Shown: positions 46,005 to 52,786 of the stretch, piece by piece
How positions within the stretch are numbered: position 1 is the stretch's first letter
How the letters are laid out: each line of letters opens with the position of its first letter
Source of the DNA: Ilumatobacteraceae bacterium
GTDB taxonomy: Bacteria; Actinomycetota; Acidimicrobiia; Acidimicrobiales; Ilumatobacteraceae
Assembly: GCA_017856815.1 (NCBI GenBank)
Contig: JAFMEI010000001.1
Span: forward strand, 1 to 52,786
Length of the DNA stretch: 52,786 nt
Direction of reading: 5' to 3'
Notes under the pieces: generated by a model
The model's input: only the letters and a program-made list of their open reading frames with translations
Told to the model about the DNA's origin: nothing
Databases searched by the model: none
Made by a program: the position numbers and the translations under genes

Positions 46005-48102
46005 ATCGGTTGTAGGCGGCGACTCCGTCTACGAAGTCACCAACGTTGGCATCGACCACTGGCGTTAGCCAGCGCACAAAAGTGTCAGTTAGATGGTTTC
46101 CATCTCGGTACATCATGATGTCCCCTGTAACCATTGGGCATCTGCCCTCGTGGCAGGTCCATCGCGACGGCCACACAATGCTGACTTTGTATTGTGCAGT
46201 TTTTGCCGCCATTACTGCCTCAATCTCTGGCTGCACGACGTCAGCAAAATCCTGGGTGCACCGTTGGATGTCGTTTCGATTCGAAGCTAAGCAATCCACT
46301 GGTGAGCCATCTGGATCTGAATTGTCAGCAAAAAATACTGGCGTTATGCCGTCACTCTGTAGCCGCGTGAACAGTTCATCCAGGCCCGACTCCCAGACAC
46401 TTGGCGTTACTCGACTGCGGGTCCGCACATCAAAGAAGCCGGTGTACTGGGTGAGAAACACCACGTCTACTTTCTCGGCTTTCATTCGCTGGAAAACAGC
46501 TTCACGCCATTCGTCACAATTTCGATACACCACATTGGTGGTCAGATTCACGGTCAGCACATTGATAATCGGGCAACTTCCCTGCGTGAGGGCAAGCACC
46601 CGCCACTTGCGTTCTTTGGCGATTGCTTCAATCGCAGTGAACCACTGGGCCGCGTGCGAATCACCAAAGAGTGCAACGGTCGTTTTCGCATTGGGTTTAC
46701 CGAACACACAACCTTCGGGCACTGTGGTGGCCATGTATTGATGGCAATTGTTGTCGTACAAAATCGGTGAATCCACTAGCGCAGAATTCAGAGCCGGTCT
46801 GAGGTTGTCAGGGAGTAGCTCTTGCGTTAGAGCATCAATTACCGCCTGTGGGGCGCGCTCAAAACCGTTATTCAGAGGATCAGGCATTCGGGGAGCGGAT
46901 GTTGTAGTGGTCACTGCCGCAGTGGTAGTGGTTATCTCGTCTACTCGCTCAGCGGTGTATCCAGTTGTGAGGCTTGGGTTGTACGAAGCCAGCGCAACTG
47001 AAGCAATAACTCCAGACACAACTAGCGCACCACCCAAAGCAAACGAAAGACGTCGCTCGTGCTGCAACTTGGTCGAACGCCTAATCGGGTTTTCTACGAG
47101 ACGAAATCCAATCTCCGCAACGAGCACAACAAGAATTAGCAACTTCCAGCGATCACCTGCGCTCAGAGATTCGCCCTTGTTTGAAGCAGCGATGATGAGT
47201 GCTGGCCAGTGCCATAAGTACAACGAGTACGACCGCGCACCAACCCATTGCATTGGTGCAAGACCAAGTACTAGTTGGGGACCACCTTTGGTGTTGCTGC
47301 CCGCAGACAACGCAAGCCCAGCTCCGAGCACAGGTACGAGTGCAACCCAACCGGGGAACTCATACACACTCCCGTATCGCACGACAGCAAAAACAATCAT
47401 CGCAAGCCCAATCCAGCCACCGATCGCCCGTACAGAACTTGGCACGCGTTCGATATCGCGCCAACAGACTGCGATTATTGCGCCAAGGGCGAGTTCCCAT
47501 GCTCGAGTATGAAGACCGAAGTACGCCCATGATGGATTTGACTGAGTAGTCGCGATGCTAAGCACCAGCGAACCAACAAAGATCACGGATAAAGCGATCA
47601 GCAGGCGGTTACGAATATTGACCGCGCGCCACGTAACTAACGCTACGAGCGCAGGCCACACCATGTAGAACTGCTCTTCTACTGCGAGTGACCAGTAATG
47701 CTGCAGCGCCGATGGATCCAACTGCGATCCGAGATAGTCAGCACCACGCTCGGCGAATACGTAGTTAACGAAAAATCCAGCGGCCCCAAAGATGTCATGT
47801 GCCAGCTGGTTCAAGCGGGTTGGGTTTAGCCAGATTGCCGCTGAGATAGCAGTAGCCACCAGAACGACAGCGGAAATCGGCAATAGTCGCCTAATTCGCC
47901 GAGTGTAAAAACTCGCCATTGAGATGCGGCCAGTGGTATCGCGCTCGGAGACGAGCAGCGAAGTTATGAGGAACCCAGAGATGACGAAAAAGACGTCCAC
48001 CCCGACATAGCCACCACCTGTATGCGGGACCCCGAAATGGAATAGCAACACTGCAACTACAGCGATCGCACGCAGACCTTCTATGTCACGGCGATGAAGC
48101 AC
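45991..48102 (-). CDS. acyltransferase-3 family membrane protein with C-terminal SGNH-like domain (OatA-type O-acyltransferase)
   Basis: 703 aa. RRDIEGLRAIAVVAVLLFH start, about 10 TM segments, a Thr-rich linker, then an extracytoplasmic domain (ALFGDSHAAQW). Confidence 0.8.
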   Translation of the reverse strand: MLHRRDIEGLRAIAVVAVLLFHFGVPHTGGGYVGVDVFFVISGFLITSLLVSERDTTGRISMASFYTRRIRRLLPISAVVLVATAISAAIWLNPTRLNQLAHDIFGAAGFFVNYVFAERGADYLGSQLDPSALQHYWSLAVEEQFYMVWPALVALVTWRAVNIRNRLLIALSVIFVGSLVLSIATTQSNPSWAYFGLHTRAWELALGAIIAVCWRDIERVPSSVRAIGGWIGLAMIVFAVVRYGSVYEFPGWVALVPVLGAGLALSAGSNTKGGPQLVLGLAPMQWVGARSYSLYLWHWPALIIAASNKGESLSAGDRWKLLILVVLVAEIGFRLVENPIRRSTKLQHERRLSFALGGALVVSGVIASVALASYNPSLTTGYTAERVDEITTTTAAVTTTTSAPRMPDPLNNGFERAPQAVIDALTQELLPDNLRPALNSALVDSPILYDNNCHQYMATTVPEGCVFGKPNAKTTVALFGDSHAAQWFTAIEAIAKERKWRVLALTQGSCPIINVLTVNLTTNVVYRNCDEWREAVFQRMKAEKVDVVFLTQYTGFFDVRTRSRVTPSVWESGLDELFTRLQSDGITPVFFADNSDPDGSPVDCLASNRNDIQRCTQDFADVVQPEIEAVMAAKTAQYKVSIVWPSRWTCHEGRCPMVTGDIMMYRDGNHLTDTFVRWLTPVVDANVGDFVDGVAAYNRFTSR

Positions 48103-48159
48103 TCACTCAGTTTTGCAGAGCACACTTCGTCAAGGCGCTCACACATGCACGCTAAGTGT

Positions 48160-48202
48160 CACAAATAAAAATGGGGCCACCGGGCAATCGCCCAGTGACC
48201 CC
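48160..48202 (-). terminator. rho-independent terminator of the 106-aa membrane protein gene
   Basis: The minus-strand RNA GGGGUCACUGGG-CGAUUG-CCCGGUGGCCCC has a 12-bp stem including 2 G-U pairs. It is followed by AUUUUUAUUU and begins 29 nt after the stop. Confidence 0.75.
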
Positions 48203-48230
48203 ACCTATTTAGTTGTGTTGTGTGGTTGGC

Positions 48231-48551
48231 TTAAGCCGCGCGGAGGGAGGTGAGCCCGCGGCTAATGAAGGTGACGATTGCGTCCTTTACTGGCACCATG
48301 CCGTAAACGATCGCACCATCAACCACAATCTGCATCCACTCTTCACGCATTCCACCGGTGAGGGAGGACACGATGTTGATGTCGAGTGCCCACACGAGGA
48401 GGATGCTCACACCAAGAGTGAGATGGTTGCTGATAATCGGGAGCCGATTGACCAGGGTGTCCAACTTGAAGGTGCGCAGCACGGTGTCGAGAACCGGCAT
48501 GACAGCGCCCAGAAGGATGGCCAACAGGATGAGTGAACCAATGGTGTACAT
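48231..48551 (-). CDS. hypothetical small membrane protein (106 aa, 3 hydrophobic segments)
   Basis: AAAGGAG SD 6 nt before the ATG, hydrophobic helices, and its own terminator. Monocistronic. Confidence 0.6.
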   Translation of the reverse strand: MYTIGSLILLAILLGAVMPVLDTVLRTFKLDTLVNRLPIISNHLTLGVSILLVWALDINIVSSLTGGMREEWMQIVVDGAIVYGMVPVKDAIVTFISRGLTSLRAA

Positions 48552-48636
48552 GGAATGCTCCTTTAAGTAGCACTCCGCCCAAAGAGCAATGTAACGAACG
48601 TCACAGCAAAAGTGGTGGATTTAAAACCCTTGCCAA

Positions 48637-49536
48637 CTAAGGCTTTGCACGTTTTCTTGCCTCATTGCCCAGATCCAGCCCCAGAACGGCCAATGCAACC
48701 CAGATGAGCCCGAACCCCACGAAGGTGGTGGCGTCAACACTCTCGTCGTATGCGAGCCAGCCGAGCAGAAAGTTCACCACGGGCACGATGTATTGCAGCG
48801 GGCCAAGTTGAGTCATCGGTAAGCGCTGAGCCGCGGCACCATACATCCACAGCGGAATCACGGTGACTGGCCCGGTTAGGGCCACCAATATCCACTGCCA
48901 TGCAGTCGCAGCATGAATCACGCTGTCGGTGTGTGGCGAGAGAATCGCTATCAAGATCACCGCAGGAACAACCAGCACCACCATTTCCATGGCAAGCGAG
49001 TCAACGGCAGCGATGGTGAGACGACGCTTCACCAAGCTGTAGATCGACCATGACCCCGCAATGAGTAACGCAATCCAGGGCACGTGCCCATAACTAAAGC
49101 TGATTACAGCAATCGCTGCAGTGGCGAGAGCAACGATCAGATATTGCGGCGGACGCAACTTCTCCCCCATGACCGCAACACCAAGCAGCACAGTTCCCAT
49201 TGGCGACAAGAAATATCCAAGCGCCGCTTCGAGAAGGTGTTCATGCACTACGGCGAGAATGTAGGAGCTCCAATTAACAACCACAGTTAGCGCTGCGACG
49301 AACACAAGCGATCGACTCGCCGGCGACCGAATTGCTTGTAGCAAGGGTGCCATGCCGCCACGTACTGCCAGTAGGGCCGCAAGGGTGGCAAACGACATCG
49401 CGACCCGCCACCCAATCAGCTCACCCGCACGAAAATCCACCAACTGCTTCCAGAAGATGGTGACCAAACCCCAGATCACATAAGCACCAATTCCGAGGAG
49501 AATGCCCTCTCGAAACCGGCGGGGATTTTCTGACAT
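48637..49536 (-). CDS. rarD: EamA/RarD family transporter
   Basis: 10-TM DMT protein with the N-terminal GIGAYVIWGLVTIFWK motif typical of RarD. Start set at ATG 49536 (the track gives 49560). Confidence 0.75.
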   Translation of the reverse strand: MSENPRRFREGILLGIGAYVIWGLVTIFWKQLVDFRAGELIGWRVAMSFATLAALLAVRGGMAPLLQAIRSPASRSLVFVAALTVVVNWSSYILAVVHEHLLEAALGYFLSPMGTVLLGVAVMGEKLRPPQYLIVALATAAIAVISFSYGHVPWIALLIAGSWSIYSLVKRRLTIAAVDSLAMEMVVLVVPAVILIAILSPHTDSVIHAATAWQWILVALTGPVTVIPLWMYGAAAQRLPMTQLGPLQYIVPVVNFLLGWLAYDESVDATTFVGFGLIWVALAVLGLDLGNEARKRAKP

Positions 49537-49627
49537 TTTGTCAGTCTCCCACCCCCTCACACCTATTTAGGCGCTCGCTTTGCTTTGGTAATTTGGTGAG
49601 TGAACAGTCAATCGGAGGAGGGGTCCG

Positions 49628-50950
49628 ATGAAACGAGTCCTGTTAGCACTGGGTCTATTGGCCGCGGTACTGAGCGTGCCGGTCCAAACGAACGCCCGCA
49701 AAGACCTGAGTCCCGCGCGCGCCCTACCAAATCTCACCTATAGACCGTTGGTCTTTGAGCGATATCCGCTCGACTTCAGTGCATTTGATGACGCGAGTTC
49801 TGATGACGACGGTCCATTTAACTTCAATGAACCAATCGGTGGATACCGACCAGTTAACTACTTGTTTGGAGATGAGCGTGGTGGTGGGATGGCCCCCGAG
49901 ATGAACCACACCTTCTACGGCATGGAACTCTCGACACCGGTCTACGCGGGAATTAGTGGAGTGATTAACCTCATCCAAGACAACCCGCAAACACCAACGC
50001 CACAGTGTGACTCAGAAATTTTCATTTCTCCTGACAGCCCAATCCAGCCGCTTTCGTATGGGCTTTACTTTGACCACATAATTCCTTCCGCTGATCTTCG
50101 GGCAGATTACGAAGCAAACGGAGCAGTCAGGGTAACTCCCGACACCGTGATTGGAACTGTGGGAATACGCGAAGACGGCGACTGTAATCCTGACAATGCT
50201 GGCTGGCTTGAAATTGCGATAATCCAGAACTACCCATATGACTGGACCAACATGGATCCAGGACTTGGTATGCCCACCCACGTAGCACAATGGTGTCCCG
50301 TTTTATTCATGCCTGAAGGAGCGAGTGCTCCGACAATGCCGAATCGTCCCGCAGTCACAGACGAACGATTCAGGCCACAAATACGCAGGCCAGATACACG
50401 CGGACCACGAATCGTGCAACGCACCCCTGCCCTCGGAGCGCGTGGGGTACGCAAGACTTCAAAGATCACCATCCGCTTCAACGAAAGAGTGACCATCACT
50501 CAGCGCGAAGATGCACGAGTTTCTGTTACTCGCCTCACGGCACAACCCGATCTCCGGGCCGTTTCAGGTACTAGTGGCAAAATTCGTTTGAGCCCTAACG
50601 GCAAGACCGTAACTATCGACACGGACACATTGAATTTACAAAACGCCAATATGTATGCCGTTCGCATTGATGGCTTTTTGTTTCGAGATGTTGCAGGTAA
50701 CGCATTTGCAGGTGTCAACGGTCTTGGGGATTGGAATTTCTCGGTTGGCCCCACCACTGTCCGACTGCCCTCTAGGACTTACAGAGATGTTCGATCTGAA
50801 ATCGAGAACCAGCTCCACAACATCATGGTCAAGTTCAACCGGATGGCGCCAGAGTCATACACGGAATATACGACCGAGCAATTGAACACCGAGTATGCGC
50901 TGTGCTCAACGACTGGGTTCCGTGACTCGATTGTGCATCAAGACAGCTAG
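49628..50950 (+). CDS. secreted protein: signal peptide + LytM/M23-like domain with non-canonical ligands + Ig-like (SbsA/Big_5-type) domain
   Basis: Signal peptide MKRVLLALGLLAAVLSVPVQTNA after a GGAGGAGG SD. STPVYAGISGVI, YFDHI...VTPDTVIGTVG and WLEIAI align by eye with M23 blocks GTPVxAxxxGxV, xMHL...VxxGxxIGxxG and HLHFE. The region KITIRFNERV...NMYAVRIDGFLFRDVAGNA resembles Big_5. Confidence 0.55.
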   Translation: MKRVLLALGLLAAVLSVPVQTNARKDLSPARALPNLTYRPLVFERYPLDFSAFDDASSDDDGPFNFNEPIGGYRPVNYLFGDERGGGMAPEMNHTFYGMELSTPVYAGISGVINLIQDNPQTPTPQCDSEIFISPDSPIQPLSYGLYFDHIIPSADLRADYEANGAVRVTPDTVIGTVGIREDGDCNPDNAGWLEIAIIQNYPYDWTNMDPGLGMPTHVAQWCPVLFMPEGASAPTMPNRPAVTDERFRPQIRRPDTRGPRIVQRTPALGARGVRKTSKITIRFNERVTITQREDARVSVTRLTAQPDLRAVSGTSGKIRLSPNGKTVTIDTDTLNLQNANMYAVRIDGFLFRDVAGNAFAGVNGLGDWNFSVGPTTVRLPSRTYRDVRSEIENQLHNIMVKFNRMAPESYTEYTTEQLNTEYALCSTTGFRDSIVHQDS

Positions 50951-51984
50951 GCAGCGGAGAACTTCACGCTGTGGAGCCCAGTAGCGCCCGACGGGAAAGT
51001 TCCCTGCTCGGCTTCCACTTGCTCCACGCCGTTTGCGTCAATCACCCGCACCGTTAGCAGTTGCTCCCCTACGGCAACTTCAATATCGGCGCGCCACTGT
51101 GCCCAGGCATCGCCAGAGTGACTTTCCACGATTTCGGCGTCCTGCCATTGGCCATCATTCAGCCGCACCTGCACTTTGCCAACACCGGCACGTGGCGCCC
51201 ATGCAAAGCCACCCGCGGTAAGTGCACCAGCTTTCACCTTGCCCGCTGGGCGAGGCAGGTCAATTCGACTCGATGACAACACGGGGCCTTCGGGGGTCCA
51301 GCCACGCACCACCCAATACGGATCAAAGGCATCCCATGTAGTTAATTCGAGATCAACCAACCATTTCGTTGCCGATACATAGCCAAAAAGTCCAGGCACG
51401 ATCATTCGCACTGGAAAGCCGTGTTTGGGAGTGAGTGGCTCTCCATTCATCGTGGTTACGAGCATTGCGTTGCGCCCGTCCATCACCGCGTCAACCGGCG
51501 TTCCACAGGTCCAGCCATCACTGCTTCGGCTCACAAGCTGCTCGGCACCAGATTGCACTCCGGCCATTCGTAAAACATCTGCAAGTGACACACCGCCCCA
51601 TACCGCGTTACCGATCTCATTGCCGCCGACCTCGTTTGATACACACGCCAATGTGATGGTGTCACTCATCTGAGGCATTGCTTCTAGATCTGCAAATGAG
51701 AGAGTCACTTCGGAATCAACCATGCCGTGGATCTTGAGCTGCCAAGAATCCTTTGCGAGTTCCGGAATTGACGGATATGCAGTATCAATACGGAAAAAAT
51801 CTTCGGTGGGCGTGATGAAGCTTTGTGGCGCAAGTCCCTCATCAAGCTTGATGAGCGGTACTGTGCTCGATGTGGAAGTCACTGTTTGGGGCCCATTTCC
51901 GCCAGCCAATAACTGATAGAGCGCGACCGCACCAACAGTGGCTGCTGCCCCACCGAAGAGTTGGCGTCGGGTCTGCTTTTCCAC
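50947..51984 (-). CDS. molybdopterin-dependent oxidoreductase (sulfite oxidase / MsrP-YedY superfamily) with Tat signal
   Basis: TRRQLFGGAAATVGAVA Tat motif. Core motifs FFRIDTAY, TLACVSNEVGG and GFPVRMIVPGLFGY, plus a C-terminal Ig-like dimerisation-type domain. Start is GTG 51984, with 52020 as an alternative. The track start at 52233 looks too long. Confidence 0.8.
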   Translation of the reverse strand: MEKQTRRQLFGGAAATVGAVALYQLLAGGNGPQTVTSTSSTVPLIKLDEGLAPQSFITPTEDFFRIDTAYPSIPELAKDSWQLKIHGMVDSEVTLSFADLEAMPQMSDTITLACVSNEVGGNEIGNAVWGGVSLADVLRMAGVQSGAEQLVSRSSDGWTCGTPVDAVMDGRNAMLVTTMNGEPLTPKHGFPVRMIVPGLFGYVSATKWLVDLELTTWDAFDPYWVVRGWTPEGPVLSSSRIDLPRPAGKVKAGALTAGGFAWAPRAGVGKVQVRLNDGQWQDAEIVESHSGDAWAQWRADIEVAVGEQLLTVRVIDANGVEQVEAEQGTFPSGATGLHSVKFSAA

Positions 51985-52044
51985 GTAGTTACTCTGCCTT
52001 CTACCATCACCGAATTCCACCCTCGCGACAGCAATAATTTGCAA

Positions 52045-52206
52045 ATGAGCGACACACCTATGCGCACGGATGCACCGGCACCGACCGAGTGCAACACTCG
52101 CTTTGGCATCTTCTCTGAATGCCCAATGTGCGGGTCCAAAATGTCTCCAGAACATGCCCACTACCGCTGCACCTCTTGTGGCTGGCGGGATTCCTGCTGT
52201 GACTGA
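52045..52206 (+). CDS. hypothetical 53-aa zinc-ribbon protein
   Basis: MSDTPMRTDAPAPTECNTRFGIFSECPMCGSKMSPEHAHYRCTSCGWRDSCCD, containing CPxC...CxxC. AATAAT lies 6 nt upstream of the ATG, suggesting a leaderless transcript. The stop is 1 nt before the hydrolase GTG. Confidence 0.4.
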   Translation: MSDTPMRTDAPAPTECNTRFGIFSECPMCGSKMSPEHAHYRCTSCGWRDSCCD

Positions 52207-52207
52207 T

Positions 52208-52786
52208 GTGAAACAAATCCGCCTGAACGGCATCGATACCCCATATCGCGATTCAGGAAGTGGTCCTGTGATTGTGTTCGTTCACGGCGCCTACATCGGT
52301 GGCGCAGTTTGGAATGACACGATTGCCAATCTCGATGGTTTTCGTTGCATAGCTCCAACGTTTGCCATGGGCGCACATTGCGCGCCGACCAACGGTGCTG
52401 ACGGGTCCACACGAGCGACCGTCGGTCGCATACTTGAGTTACTCGATGCACTCGACCTTCGTGACGTCACATTGGTGGGAAATGACACTGGAGGCGGCCT
52501 TTGCCTGGCCACGATCGGTGCAAGCCATCCGGCTGTTTCTCGTATCGCTCGACTCGTGTTGACCAACTGCGACTCCTACGAGCACTTTCCGCCCGAAGGC
52601 TTCGCCAAGATCACGCAGATGTGTGCGAAGAAACCAAAACTTGGTGGCTTCATTTTGAAAATGCTTTCAACTGGACGCGGTCGAAAGTTCTTTCTCAAGT
52701 CCGTTTGCGCTACTCCACCTTCCGCCTCAACATCAGCGGCGATCTTTGAGTGCTTCGGCAAGAACAGGGCCGTTGTTCGCGAGGCC
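52208..52786 (+). CDS. alpha/beta hydrolase fold protein (N-terminal 193 aa; runs off the right edge)
   Basis: Absent from the track because it has no stop in the window. From GTG 52208 it reads VKQIRLNGIDTPYRDSGSGPVIVFVHGAYIGGAVWND...TLVGNDTGGG. HG is the oxyanion motif. GNDTG is a nucleophile-elbow-like G-x-D-x-G, as found in haloalkane dehalogenase and epoxide hydrolase type enzymes. Confidence 0.7.
   Translation, partial: MKQIRLNGIDTPYRDSGSGPVIVFVHGAYIGGAVWNDTIANLDGFRCIAPTFAMGAHCAPTNGADGSTRATVGRILELLDALDLRDVTLVGNDTGGGLCLATIGASHPAVSRIARLVLTNCDSYEHFPPEGFAKITQMCAKKPKLGGFILKMLSTGRGRKFFLKSVCATPPSASTSAAIFECFGKNRAVVREA

Overview
Compact core-chromosome segment of an actinobacterium. Lineage markers are a WhiB-family regulator, SepF, a long type-2 IleRS, DUF3040, an F420-type LLM oxidoreductase and a type-A RNase P RNA. 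GC looks moderate by eye and was not computed.

Layout:
- 1-19948 (minus strand): one co-directional division/cell-wall (dcw) run. Order is mraZ-rsmH-ftsL-like-ftsI-murE-mraY-murD-ftsW-murG-murC-murB-ftsQ-ftsZ-ylmE(yggS)-sepF-yggT-ileS, then a Lys/Ala-rich H1-like protein that runs off the left edge. Many junctions are 1-4 nt start/stop overlaps.
- Upstream of mraZ: a promoter covered by a phased repeat array, then a four-gene operon of poorly characterised conserved proteins (LplA-like, HNH, 81 aa, DUF3040), then dinB.
- Remainder: IMPase-glpK; ROK glucokinase / SRPBCC / membrane protein / GT4 / queG; a Cys4 mini-protein; whiB-trpD; a Fur-family-erythrin-CCG Fe-S-DUF3501 operon; a divergent glpD-flavoprotein-membrane protein-divergent FGGY kinase operon followed by two ferritin-like proteins; rnpB; COG1579 protein and class A PBP; LLM oxidoreductase; acyltransferase-3/SGNH; rarD; a secreted LytM-like/Ig-like protein; a molybdoenzyme; a zinc-ribbon mini-ORF; and a partial alpha/beta hydrolase.

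I found no tRNA, rRNA, CRISPR array, IS element, prophage or recognisable defence system. I cannot point to one clearly novel system.

The best candidates for under-described biology are:
1. At least 7 helically phased ARTGGRG boxes over the dcw promoter.
2. The Fur/PerR-erythrin-CCG Fe-S-DUF3501 operon with a strong intercistronic hairpin.
3. The glpD-AGPS-like-membrane protein-divergent FGGY kinase operon plus the ferritin-like pair.
4. The secreted protein with a degenerate LytM-like domain.
5. Several small unannotated proteins.

All functional calls come from reading motifs in the translations. No database search was run.
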